A DNA stretch of 64,000 nt from Thermoproteota archaeon. GTDB taxonomy: Archaea; Korarchaeota; Korarchaeia; Korarchaeales; JAOZGB01. The stretch is from assembly GCA_037917685.1 (NCBI GenBank), contig JAVCBU010000006.1, positions 32,001 to 96,000 of the forward strand, given 5' to 3'. This document shows, piece after piece, positions 10,298 to 19,718 of the stretch. How positions within the stretch are numbered: position 1 is the stretch's first letter; each line of letters starts with the position of its first letter. The notes beneath the pieces are model-generated. The model saw nothing but the letters and a program-made list of their open reading frames with translations. It did not search any database and had not been told where the DNA came from. A program made the position numbers and the translations under genes.

Positions 10298-12683
10298 GCC
10301 TAGCCCTCCCTCTTCTAATCCCTATGGAGACATGTTTTCTCTTCATCGACGAGCTTACCCTTCTACCAACACGCCATACTATTAAGCTTACCACCACTAT
10401 AATTATCGCTACTACTAGGATTTTAAACCATGTTGAGACAACCACGTACAAGGTCAGATGTGTAGACCCGGAGTAGCCTGTAAGAGCTCTACCTTTTGCA
10501 TCCTCGTACGAAAACTCTGTTTTTATGGATGTTGTAATTCTAGGTAGTGTGTAGATATATCCTGCTTTTATCTTAAAGGCTAGCTCCACCGCCTTCCCAG
10601 GGTTTAGCTGACTTATAGTATAGACTAGTCTACCTCCTGAAACTGACAGATTTCCTGGATCCTCGATTTTTAGCTCCTTAGGTATTTGAATCTTTATAGA
10701 TGCATTTACAGCCGGCTGATTTCCATCATTGGAGATCTTTACTCTGACAGTCTTTTTCTCCGCCCATTCAATAAGTATTTGTGACTGGTTTACCTCCTCT
10801 GGAAGCTGTACTGAAACAACGAGCTTAGGTCTTTGAACCATTATGTTTGAGGCTTTAGAAACATTTCTTAACCGTTTTAGTGCATCGCTGTAAGACACGA
10901 AGGTGGTGGCAAGCGTGATTTCTCCAGGGTCGGCTTCGCCGGGCTTCGCTACGTAAGTAAAGGTTATGTACTCTCCTGGTTTCATTGTTGTGATTGATAA
11001 TCCAGTGGTGAATAGGGAAACAGATGTGTTCATATAGTCAGCAATATATATGCCTTCACCTAGTTCTTCACGTATCATTACGTTTTTGGCATTCATGTCG
11101 CCATTGTTTTTGAGCATTATAGACACTGTAACTAGACCTTCAAGCTCGACTGTTTGGGGGCTGACGGTCTTTGTTATCTGGATTTCCGAATTTCTAGCTA
11201 TTTCAAATTTATATTTGCGGGTCTGAATAGGCATTTCTCTATCGTCTACAAGCATTACAACAATGAATGTTAGTTCCACCGTCTGGAGGCTTGCTGTTTC
11301 TGGGCTTTTAAGGGATATTGAATATGTATGCACGTCTCCAGGGTTTAGATACGCCTCCTTACCGGACTCGGACAGTACGGTTAGAAAGTTGGGTTTTTCA
11401 GTGTAGCACTTAATGTTGAGTGGGTATTCAGCCTCACTTGTAATTGCCATTGTGAAAGTGGCGTCCCCCCCTGCTACCAGTCTGATAGGGGTATAACTTT
11501 CATCTATATATTCGCTTAACACACTTATCTGTGACGTACTAATGCTGGTTACAGTTGCCCAATCTAGGAATAGTGGTACAACGTGGGTAGGTGGTATAAC
11601 GTCTATATGTGCAAATCCTGTGTTTGTAAATGCACCGTTAGGTAGCTGGCTAAATACAAGGCTTGTCATACTATCCATTAGCAAACCCTTAAGCTCTTCT
11701 GACTCCATATAGCCCAGGAAAGTAGTTTGTATCAGGGCCATCCCCGGAAATATTGCATCCATGGGCTGTGCTATATTAATCATGTTGAATACTATCCAGC
11801 TTAGGGCTCCCTGTATAATCTCATCAGAGACCTGGAATCCTTGAGCTTTAGCTAAACATAGCGAATATAAAGCCATCGACGTTACGATCATCTTATCCCA
11901 TCCTGACCTATATTTAGACTCACTTTCCCAGTAGACTTTATCCCCTGACTTCACCGCTTTCTGAACTATAAAGCTGATAGCCGACTGGATGACATCATTG
12001 CCCACAGGGCCGTTAACTTTTTTGGCGTCTAGGAGGGCAACAAGAACTTCTGCTGTCACGCCGGGTAAGGTGTGTTTTTCAGATGGTAACTGAGAGTTAG
12101 GAGATAAAGGCCACCCTCCAGATGCATCTCTTATAGAAACTAGGTCTCTAACAGCCCTGTCAAAATTATCATCATAGTCTATTATACCATTTCTAACGGC
12201 TGCTGAAAGGAACCTTACACAATGTGCTGTTACATCCGAATATATCGTGGCACCGGCGGGTTTATCTGACCATCCGGTTCTGTCCAGAGATTTAATCCTG
12301 TATAGTGTCTGTGCAATTTTAACCACATGTTCCTTTATGGATCTCTTATTACTCTCAACATAGGATAATCTAAAACTGTTTTCTAAGCCTATTGTCAGGG
12401 CATAGCCTATTCTTGCGTTTTCATCCACTGCCTGCTCTGCAAACCCTCCAAATCCACTAACAATCCATAGTATCCCATCCTCATCATACCCCGACGTCCT
12501 CTCTGACCGATGCGGCACTCCAGCGTGTATATAGCTTATTGCTTTGTTAACCGAGGATAGAAACGTTGCCTGTTGAGAGTATACCGATACTGCGTGAGAG
12601 GTAACTATAAGGAATATTAAAAGTACGACAACACACACATGTTTCAATTCCACCGCTATCCTCCTACTAGTGGGATGAAACAT
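10290..12683 (-). CDS. Secreted, C-terminally anchored protein: alpha/alpha-barrel (prenyltransferase/A2M-TED-like) domain plus Ig-like (DUF11/CARDB-like) repeats
   Basis: Signal peptide; repeats RDASGGW...VTAEVLVALL, VYWE...VTSMALYSL, QLPNGAF; ITKTV/N.G...A.NV Ig repeats; C-terminal TM and basic tail. Confidence 0.65.
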   Translation of the reverse strand: MFHPTSRRIAVELKHVCVVVLLIFLIVTSHAVSVYSQQATFLSSVNKAISYIHAGVPHRSERTSGYDEDGILWIVSGFGGFAEQAVDENARIGYALTIGLENSFRLSYVESNKRSIKEHVVKIAQTLYRIKSLDRTGWSDKPAGATIYSDVTAHCVRFLSAAVRNGIIDYDDNFDRAVRDLVSIRDASGGWPLSPNSQLPSEKHTLPGVTAEVLVALLDAKKVNGPVGNDVIQSAISFIVQKAVKSGDKVYWESESKYRSGWDKMIVTSMALYSLCLAKAQGFQVSDEIIQGALSWIVFNMINIAQPMDAIFPGMALIQTTFLGYMESEELKGLLMDSMTSLVFSQLPNGAFTNTGFAHIDVIPPTHVVPLFLDWATVTSISTSQISVLSEYIDESYTPIRLVAGGDATFTMAITSEAEYPLNIKCYTEKPNFLTVLSESGKEAYLNPGDVHTYSISLKSPETASLQTVELTFIVVMLVDDREMPIQTRKYKFEIARNSEIQITKTVSPQTVELEGLVTVSIMLKNNGDMNAKNVMIREELGEGIYIADYMNTSVSLFTTGLSITTMKPGEYITFTYVAKPGEADPGEITLATTFVSYSDALKRLRNVSKASNIMVQRPKLVVSVQLPEEVNQSQILIEWAEKKTVRVKISNDGNQPAVNASIKIQIPKELKIEDPGNLSVSGGRLVYTISQLNPGKAVELAFKIKAGYIYTLPRITTSIKTEFSYEDAKGRALTGYSGSTHLTLYVVVSTWFKILVVAIIIVVVSLIVWRVGRRVSSSMKRKHVSIGIRRGRARLG

Positions 12684-12805
12684 TAATTAAATTTAACCGA
12701 CGATCAACGAATAATAAGTTTAGAGAATTGTTTGGGAAACACATCTTCTGTGAAACGATTTAGACTATGGTGAAATTCCGATTATAAGATTATATGTATA
12801 TTATG

Positions 12806-12880
12806 CGGGCCCGGCGGGACTCGAACCCGCGGCTTCTGGCTTAGAAGGCCAGCGCTCTATCCTAGCTGAGCTACGGGCCC
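12806..12880 (-). tRNA. tRNA-Arg(TCT), intronless
   Basis: Reverse complement folds as GGGCCCG acceptor, anticodon arm CTGGC-CTTCTAA-GCCAG, T loop TTCGAGT. Confidence 0.95.
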
Positions 12881-12925
12881 ATAGCATAAAAGGAAGAGTA
12901 TGTTTTAAAGTTTTTAGATGAGACT

Positions 12926-15022
12926 TTAGAATCCAAGTCTTCTAGCTGATGGTCTAGAGATTACAGGTAGCCCTACCGTTAGTGCAACTACGAGTAACCC
13001 TACGAGAACGATCATTATTATTAAGGTAGATAGTAGAATCATTCTAACAGTGTATGGGACGACTGCGGTGAAGCTAGCTGTAATATTTCCCTCTATGGAC
13101 AGTTTTATCGATCCGTCTGGTGATAAGTAGCTCATCTCTATGGGGGTTATATTAAAGATGCCTGGAATAATTGGTTTGAATTCTAGCTCTATCCTTTGGA
13201 ATTCTCCGGGTGACATTGACTGGATGTAAAGTGACGCAACTCTTTGACCGCTTAACTGGACGTTATTTGGTTTTAATGATAGGATGTCTAAACCCTTAGG
13301 AATCTTAAATGATAATTTGACGTCGACAGCTGGCCCGTTTCCCTCGTTTTCCACCTCTATAACATATTTTGTATACTCTCCTACGGGTATTGTCTGGTTT
13401 GGAGCTTCTAAAATTCTAACTTTCACTTGTGGGGTTACGATTGATACTAGTCCGCCCTCGTTGCTGTATTCCATATGTTGAACATCGTATTCGTCCGTGT
13501 ACTCAACTCTCGCTGATCCTAGCGAGACTGTACCAACTTTCACCGCCGTTAGTTCATACACGAGGCTTATAGACTCTCCGGGGCTAAGCTGTGGAACATT
13601 CTGGGAAACAGATCCTGTCTTCAGGTTAAAGTACGATGATGGGTATTCGTCCTCGATCTTCACATTTCTTGCCATACCATTACCCTCGTTTGTAACTGTG
13701 ATTGTTACTCTCACGGTACCTCCTACCCCAACCCATGAGGCCGAGACTGTTTTTGTGATGGTTAGAACGGCTTTTCCAGGCTCTACGACGGTTAGCTCGA
13801 TGCTTGATGTGCTGATATAACTGTTACCATATGCATCAAAATAGTATCCGGTTATTGTAATTCTATATTTCTTTTCGCCAACAATGGAATACTCTGGGAC
13901 TCTTACTATGAACTTAATTGGCTCTGCTAGCGACTGCCCGGGTCTTAATGGTGCAGTTGAGCCGTTAGGCCAAATAAATCTTATAGGTTTACTTATACCT
14001 CCAACAACTGTTCCAAACTTTGAAGGATTCTGGAATGTTAGGGTTAGATCAGCGGGGGTTGTATTAATATATATCTCAACGTTGTAAGCCGAGCCGTTGC
14101 CTACATTTAACGGGTTTACTGTAACCTGAGCTGTATCTCCAGGTTTCAAGGTGGACTTTGTTGTCACTACGTTGAAAGTTAGTCGGGGAATTCCTCTTGC
14201 CGTGGCCTTCGTACCCACTGTGATTTGAATAACGTAGGTTGCATGAGATATACCTGTTGTAGGTTCAAGCAGGTCGCTATAGGCTACGTCAAATGGTATT
14301 GGAATGAGTTTATATTCGCTTGAGGCTTCCACTTCTAGGTTGAAGTTTAGAATTATGCTCTCATTGACAGCAAGGTTGGTCCGGTGACCGTAGATGACAT
14401 CGCTTCCTGCTCCAACTGATACTTCCCCTGTTGTTGGAAGTATCAGCATGTAGGTAAGTTCTTCTATGTCTACTGTGCCGGTGTTGGTTAGATTCATCTT
14501 GACGTTAACGGTTCCACCTGAAAAGGGTACGTTGGCCATTGGGGGCTCAGCTGTAATTTGGATCTCATACTTAACCTCATAGATACAGTCGTAGATATCA
14601 ATAATCGCATAGTAGTTCCCCTCTGCATCTTGATGGGCGGATTTAAATAGGAATGAGAATATTTTCTTGGCTGAAGGACCGAATCCTTCGTAGTAGGTCG
14701 CGTTAAACCCTGGTACAACGACGTTTTCTCCTACCCAGTTATACTTAAGGTTTCCTGTCTCCCTGTCATAAAGTTTGATTGAGTTACCCTTATCTACACC
14801 TCCAGGAAGTATTATCCTATCATACATCAAGTAGTATGGCCCAAAGTAGAACTTTGTAACCTCATCGAAAAGCTTAACGTCTGTATAATTGTACGTGTTT
14901 TGGAAGGGCTCCCCCCTGGTAAGGATGAGAATTCCATGTCCGACAGGAGCAATTAAAGATAATAGCAGTATACACAACAGTGGCAGAACAATCTTACCAT
15001 GAGTAGTCCACATAATCATCAT
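12926..15022 (-). CDS. Secreted S-layer-associated protein with multiple Ig-like (DUF11/BatD-like) domains and C-terminal TM anchor
   Basis: Signal peptide; repeated (T/E)N.G.G.A.(N/D)V motifs, LTITKTV, L.PGE; N-glycosylation sequons; C-terminal TM. Confidence 0.7.
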   Translation of the reverse strand: MMIMWTTHGKIVLPLLCILLLSLIAPVGHGILILTRGEPFQNTYNYTDVKLFDEVTKFYFGPYYLMYDRIILPGGVDKGNSIKLYDRETGNLKYNWVGENVVVPGFNATYYEGFGPSAKKIFSFLFKSAHQDAEGNYYAIIDIYDCIYEVKYEIQITAEPPMANVPFSGGTVNVKMNLTNTGTVDIEELTYMLILPTTGEVSVGAGSDVIYGHRTNLAVNESIILNFNLEVEASSEYKLIPIPFDVAYSDLLEPTTGISHATYVIQITVGTKATARGIPRLTFNVVTTKSTLKPGDTAQVTVNPLNVGNGSAYNVEIYINTTPADLTLTFQNPSKFGTVVGGISKPIRFIWPNGSTAPLRPGQSLAEPIKFIVRVPEYSIVGEKKYRITITGYYFDAYGNSYISTSSIELTVVEPGKAVLTITKTVSASWVGVGGTVRVTITVTNEGNGMARNVKIEDEYPSSYFNLKTGSVSQNVPQLSPGESISLVYELTAVKVGTVSLGSARVEYTDEYDVQHMEYSNEGGLVSIVTPQVKVRILEAPNQTIPVGEYTKYVIEVENEGNGPAVDVKLSFKIPKGLDILSLKPNNVQLSGQRVASLYIQSMSPGEFQRIELEFKPIIPGIFNITPIEMSYLSPDGSIKLSIEGNITASFTAVVPYTVRMILLSTLIIMIVLVGLLVVALTVGLPVISRPSARRLGF

Positions 15023-15120
15023 GCTTATAGATAAGGTAAGCGAGCCTTTTAAAAAATATGCACGACGGGCTAGGTGATATATGTCTAACAGCGAAATTCA
15101 TAAAACGTGGAAACTGCTAG

Positions 15121-15147
15121 TAGAAAATAAAAATGGGAAGGGGAGGT
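15121..15147 (-). terminator. Probable oligo-T terminator of S-layer gene
   Basis: Pyrimidine/T-rich tract CCCTTCCCATTTTTATTTTC directly after the stop codon on the minus strand. Confidence 0.5.
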
Positions 15148-17640
15148 TTAACCTCCAGCTATTGGAGTCTGCTCTGGACTTGTGCCTACTGATACGTAGA
15201 CGACGCCCGGCGGCGGCTGCACGCCTGGCACTCCAACTCCCGGTGTTACGCCAAGCACTATGACGGCTGCGAACGGAGTCTCAACACCAGCCTTGCACCA
15301 GTTCTCAGCGGTCTCACGGATTATCTTTGTTGGGTCTGCTAGGGCTACTGAGGCTGCGTAGGTTCCGAATCTGTCTGTTCCTGCTACTACTAGGATGTGT
15401 TTGTCTGGGTTCCATGGGTTTTCCTTTGCATATTGTACTACGCCTAGGCCTGAGGTTATCCTTGGTACTAGTTCTGGTGGCCAGCCGTATACGCCTGTTA
15501 CGTTTTCCAGGGTCCATATCTGGTTGTTCCAGTCCATAAGCTTGTCGTTTCCTATGAAGCTTATTGGCAGCAGGCCTGTATCATTAAGCTCCTTAACATA
15601 ACTGTTGACCAGTGGCCCTCCGATCAGGATTAGGTTCTTCTCGCTCTTTGCACGCTCAGCATCAGGACTACCTGCGACGAATACTAGTGGCGCCTTGAGA
15701 TAGCTGAATACGTCTTCTCCGTCGAATATTGAGTCCTTCTCCTCTGCTGGGGTTATGTCCTGCATCGTCGTCAAATCATACTTCGTGGTACCTGTGAACT
15801 CGCCTTCACAGTTGAACCTGTCGAACACGCCTCCGAAGACACCAGTCACATCTTTACCTACAACGTTGACCAGCTCTATGTACTCGGATACCAGGAACAT
15901 GTCGTATGCGATTGCATTCTGATAGTTGGTGGCGTATCCCTCCCAGTTTCCAGCCAGTGATACGTCAAAGTCGAACTCGAATATTGCCATCTGTCTCATT
16001 ACCATGTATGGTAGGGATAGTGACCTCATTAGGTATAGGCCTTTCTGCTCATAGTCTACGCCACACCAGTTGTCCGGGTGGTCTGCTGGGATTATGAATC
16101 TCATGAACTTGTATGTGACACCGCCAATGTCTATTGTCTCGTTCAGGAGTAGCTCGCTCCAAGTCATCTGCTTAATGCCTACACACCCAGGCACAAGTGG
16201 GAAGTCTACTACCTGATATGGCTTGGTCCACTGCCACATTGTTGAAGAGTTTTCTCCATGGTAGTAGCCATTGTATCTGTCATCTCCTACTAATGCGTCT
16301 AGGTGGCCTATGTCGCCACAGCAGAACCAGTTTGGCGGTACAGAGTAGCCTGCATCTACGTACCTGCCCCTGTTATCCATGAATGCCCCATAATCAGGCT
16401 CATAGTATAGGTGTATCCTGCCGTCGAAGAGGCCTACTGTTACCTCGTTGAACAGGTAGTCTACTGGTACCTCATCACCATCTACGAGAGGCAGCAGGCT
16501 TATGAAATGTCCGGTAGTCTCGTCCTGGTATAGGAATGGTATTACGTCTATGCCGTCTATCTGCATTACTGGGACGTGTTTTGGTATGGGTGAGCTCCAG
16601 ACCTCTACATATGCGCAGTTTGAGTCGGGGCAGACCTTGCTAACGTGTATGTGTAGCTGTACTGGGGTTGCCCAGCATGAGAATGCCTTTGTGAATGTCA
16701 CATTGTATATCTGGGAGATGTTCTGTATCCAGCAGTCTACTATGTTTCCTGCTTCATCCTTCAGCGTGAAGGCTACTGTATGGTATGGATGTGTCAGGTT
16801 GGTGAAGTGATCCTCATCTATGTGGATAGCAGACACCTCAAGCATGTAGTTGAACGCCCATGGTAGGACATGGCTTTCTCCTATGATCCAAACCTCCTCG
16901 GGCATTCCGAATCTGAAGTTGACCTCGCCGTAATAGACTGTGTATCCGAAGTACCTCTGCAGGTGGTCATATCCTAGGGCTGCGAAATCGTAAACCGCCC
17001 ATGTGTTCGGATCTAGCGGGTCTGGCATTGTCCCTAGCCCGCCCCATGGCGTTATGAAACCGTCGCATCCAAGCCTGTAGGTTAGGAATTCTATGTATGG
17101 GTATGGGCATATGCATGGGTCAGCTATTCTCTGCCCATACAGGCCTACCCAAATTGCATACTCGCACTCGCCTTCCGTCCATGCAGTCCATAGCAGGTAT
17201 ATTGAGTCAATATCATAGACTACTTCGCCAGCGTCGGGTATGACTAACCCCATCCAGCATTCATCGAAGACTGGTGCGAACCACTTGAACGTTACGAGGT
17301 TTGCTAACACTATGTGGGACCAGTCGTACTCATATAGTGTTAGGTTAAGGTCTACCTCGTGTAGTTCGAATGGCTCTGGTGGGTAGGTGGCGTGTGATAT
17401 GTACATGTGTGTTCCTATCTTGGCGCCGATGAGGGTTGCTCCTACAACGTCTGCGGCTGCAGCTGTCTCTCCTACTATTATTGCTACCTCGTTTATCCCG
17501 TTTAGGTCGTAGTCTATCTTGCCTTCCTGTACGAATGGCGCTGGAAATTCTGTTAGCCTTGGATAGGCTGCTACTGGCGCTAGGGATACTCCAACTGCAA
17601 CCAGCAGCAAAACTGCTGCTAGAAAGCTTTTTCTCGACAT
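15148..17640 (-). CDS. S-layer protein (Methanococcales/Thermococcales S_layer_N/S_layer_C type)
   Basis: Signal peptide; FPAPFV..G, IIVGETAAAADVVGATLI; C-terminal NLILIGGPLVN and ILVVAGTDRFGTYAA; ATG 17640 follows AAGGTGA. Confidence 0.82.
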   Translation of the reverse strand: MSRKSFLAAVLLLVAVGVSLAPVAAYPRLTEFPAPFVQEGKIDYDLNGINEVAIIVGETAAAADVVGATLIGAKIGTHMYISHATYPPEPFELHEVDLNLTLYEYDWSHIVLANLVTFKWFAPVFDECWMGLVIPDAGEVVYDIDSIYLLWTAWTEGECEYAIWVGLYGQRIADPCICPYPYIEFLTYRLGCDGFITPWGGLGTMPDPLDPNTWAVYDFAALGYDHLQRYFGYTVYYGEVNFRFGMPEEVWIIGESHVLPWAFNYMLEVSAIHIDEDHFTNLTHPYHTVAFTLKDEAGNIVDCWIQNISQIYNVTFTKAFSCWATPVQLHIHVSKVCPDSNCAYVEVWSSPIPKHVPVMQIDGIDVIPFLYQDETTGHFISLLPLVDGDEVPVDYLFNEVTVGLFDGRIHLYYEPDYGAFMDNRGRYVDAGYSVPPNWFCCGDIGHLDALVGDDRYNGYYHGENSSTMWQWTKPYQVVDFPLVPGCVGIKQMTWSELLLNETIDIGGVTYKFMRFIIPADHPDNWCGVDYEQKGLYLMRSLSLPYMVMRQMAIFEFDFDVSLAGNWEGYATNYQNAIAYDMFLVSEYIELVNVVGKDVTGVFGGVFDRFNCEGEFTGTTKYDLTTMQDITPAEEKDSIFDGEDVFSYLKAPLVFVAGSPDAERAKSEKNLILIGGPLVNSYVKELNDTGLLPISFIGNDKLMDWNNQIWTLENVTGVYGWPPELVPRITSGLGVVQYAKENPWNPDKHILVVAGTDRFGTYAASVALADPTKIIRETAENWCKAGVETPFAAVIVLGVTPGVGVPGVQPPPGVVYVSVGTSPEQTPIAGG

Positions 17641-17770
17641 TTTTTTCTTCACCTTATTTCGCCCTTTTGGGCTGGTGAGAAGGTAGCTGAAGAAGCTTTT
17701 AAAGTTAAGTTTTGAAACGTTTTTGAAACGAATCTAAACATGTTAGATTTGAACGTTTGAGTCTTAGATT
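17641..17770 (-). promoter_or_regulatory. S-layer gene promoter/leader
   Basis: TATA-like TTTAAAAG about 17696-17703, leader hairpin GCCC-AAAA-GGGC, RBS AAGGTGA, upstream repeats TTTGAAACG x2 and near-palindrome AATCTAAACATGTTAGATT. Confidence 0.5.
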
Positions 17771-17805
17771 GTGGTGATATTGTTTATCTGACATTTTTTA
17801 CGGGT

Positions 17806-17985
17806 TTATCTGTTTTCTGGATTTTTGCGTTGATTATTCGACGTTGGTTGATGCTGTGATAGCTGAAGTATTGGGGGGAATTTTGGCGGATGGGGGGTGA
17901 GGGTTGGCTTGCCGCAGTATGGACATACTTGTTTAAGTGTGTATATAGCACAGTATGGGCATTTCATTATACGGGGTCTAGGCAT
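17806..17985 (-). CDS. nop10: H/ACA RNP protein Nop10 (59 aa, divergent C-terminus)
   Basis: MPRPRIMKCPYCAIYTLKQVCPYCGKPTLTPHPPKF; canonical position after aIF2a; below ORF-track cutoff. Confidence 0.88.
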   Translation of the reverse strand: MPRPRIMKCPYCAIYTLKQVCPYCGKPTLTPHPPKFPPILQLSQHQPTSNNQRKNPENR

Positions 17986-17986
17986 T

Positions 17987-18724
17987 TTACTCAGCTAGGT
18001 ATTCTTTGGCTGTTCTCTCGAAGGCCTCTAGTGACCTGGTTACTGCTTTTGGGTTTATGCTTGTTGCTTTAACCATGTATCTTGGGGCTCCAAGATAGGA
18101 TACTGTTACTTTTGCCCCTTGTTTTACTGCTTCTTCGAGGGCCTTGGCGATGGCTTCTCTTATCAGTTTTACTCCGTTGGGCCTCGTGCTTTTCAGTATT
18201 ATTGTCCGGGTTCCCTCGTATACTTTTGGTTTTACATGCTTCTTGGATAGCCTCCAGATTTCCTCTGCTATTTTATCCTCTATTCCGGATTTTACGAGGA
18301 CTTCCTTGCCTTTCCTCACTGTGTCTTCAAGGGCTGAAAGTACGTCCCCGTATATTTTCTGGAGCCTACTCCAGACTCTGTTGACATGGGTCCCTGGTAG
18401 GTTCAGGTTTTTAACTGCCATTTCAATTATTTTCCTCGCTCTCCTGTCTCTTTTCCATTGTTTTAGGGTTTCGTCTCTTTCCCTTTTGGTTACGTATTTT
18501 AGTGAGAGATCTACCATTAGCCTTTTATGATCTACCTTTATTACTCTTGCTACAACTCTTTGTCCTTCTCTAACGTAGTCTTTTATATTTCTAATTCTTG
18601 CTGCGGTAACATGTGCTCTAGGTATGAGGGCTTCATACTTGGGGTAACCCTCTACTTTTACTATTGCACCGTACTCTTCTACATGAGTTACTGTTGCCAC
18701 CACTAGGTCTCCCACCTTAAGCAT
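17987..18724 (-). CDS. eif2a: Translation initiation factor aIF2 alpha
   Basis: S1 domain GDLVVATV...VDLSLK, YLGAPRY; operon position. Confidence 0.92.
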   Translation of the reverse strand: MLKVGDLVVATVTHVEEYGAIVKVEGYPKYEALIPRAHVTAARIRNIKDYVREGQRVVARVIKVDHKRLMVDLSLKYVTKRERDETLKQWKRDRRARKIIEMAVKNLNLPGTHVNRVWSRLQKIYGDVLSALEDTVRKGKEVLVKSGIEDKIAEEIWRLSKKHVKPKVYEGTRTIILKSTRPNGVKLIREAIAKALEEAVKQGAKVTVSYLGAPRYMVKATSINPKAVTRSLEAFERTAKEYLAE

Positions 18725-18921
18725 TAGGCCACCTCTGCGAGTATCTTAGCTTTTATATCTGCTTTGCCTCCCTTAGGAATTGCCAGAGTGTTGTCACATA
18801 TTAAACATTTTACAACAGACTTAGCATGTGAAAATATTACCTGCTCATTTCCGCAGTTGGGGCACTCAACTTTTAGGAATTTAGATTTAGGAAGCGGGAT
18901 TAGTTCAAGCTTTCTACCCAT
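18724..18921 (-). CDS. rps27e: 30S ribosomal protein eS27
   Basis: [23 protein letters not shown]...CLIC...PKGGKA. Confidence 0.95.
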   Translation of the reverse strand: MGRKLELIPLPKSKFLKVECPNCGNEQVIFSHAKSVVKCLICDNTLAIPKGGKADIKAKILAEVA

Positions 18922-18925
18922 CTTA

Positions 18926-19210
18926 TCACCCTATTGTAACCTTTGATAGACGGCCTAGGCACCTAAGCTGTTTAGCTCCGCATTCCCCGCATTTTAACAC
19001 TATCACCGCTTTCTTTGTGGTTTTAGCCTTTCTCCTCAGTCGGCCTCTAGGCTCGCCACCGTATCCCTTCCTTTTCTCTTCAAGCTGTCTTATACCCCAG
19101 GATAGTTTCCTGGCTTTGCCAGGCTTATAAAGCTCTACCTTATGCACCGTGTGGCGGCCGCATCTTTTACAGAAGGTTCTTATTGTTTCAGGAACTTTCA
19201 CTTTGATCAC
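18926..19210 (-). CDS. rpl44e: 50S ribosomal protein eL42 (L44e)
   Basis: [25 protein letters not shown]...LKCGECG. Confidence 0.95.
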   Translation of the reverse strand: MIKVKVPETIRTFCKRCGRHTVHKVELYKPGKARKLSWGIRQLEEKRKGYGGEPRGRLRRKAKTTKKAVIVLKCGECGAKQLRCLGRLSKVTIG

Positions 19211-19718
19211 CTAGTCTTCTGGCGGCTCCTCTTATAAGCAGAGCTTCCACATTCTCACGTGGAAGGTTCGCTATATCCCCTACCTTGAAGGGCCCATAAG
19301 TTTTGCCGTCCACCCCTATCATTCTAGGAACTGGTTTAAGAAATAGAACAAGCTCTCTTATAAATGGTTCCTTAGTGGAAGGCTGGACAGATACTTCAAC
19401 TTTCTGGGTAGTGCTCTCAATTTTTAGACCCTCCTCCATGTGTCTTAGAAGAGTGGATTCTGCGGGAAGGAGTTTGCCTTTACGTAACAGCATCTGCTTT
19501 GCTAATCTTAGTTCTAACAAGTTTTTAAGCATGTTAGCTATGTTTTCATTAATTTTAACAAGCTCGGTGGAAGAGGGTTTTCTGGAAATTATGCTTGATA
19601 CTTCATCATAAAACGTTTCTTCTATACTAGTAGGCTCGATCTTCGAGTACTCTTCTACAAGTTTCTTGTAAAGCTTAACATATATCTCAATGATTTTGCT
19701 ATTATTGTACTGGCTCAA
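19188..19718 (-). CDS. gins15: GINS subunit Gins15/Gins51
   Basis: Helical A domain (LRLAK) and B domain GVDGKTYGPFKVGDIANLPRENVEAL; between priS and rpl44e. Confidence 0.82.
   Translation of the reverse strand: MSQYNNSKIIEIYVKLYKKLVEEYSKIEPTSIEETFYDEVSSIISRKPSSTELVKINENIANMLKNLLELRLAKQMLLRKGKLLPAESTLLRHMEEGLKIESTTQKVEVSVQPSTKEPFIRELVLFLKPVPRMIGVDGKTYGPFKVGDIANLPRENVEALLIRGAARRLGDQSESS

Noticed and set aside
12806-12880. tRNA-Arg within the surface-protein cluster as an integration site
   Set aside because: No integrase and no duplicated tRNA 3' end seen; similarity to 48666-48766 is ordinary tRNA homology
15148-15160. C-terminal Gly-Gly of the S-layer protein as a ubiquitin-like motif
   Set aside because: Secreted protein with no beta-grasp domain; probably coincidental
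17710-17760. GAAAC-containing repeats as a CRISPR remnant
   Set aside because: Only 9-bp adjacent repeats, no spacers and no cas genes
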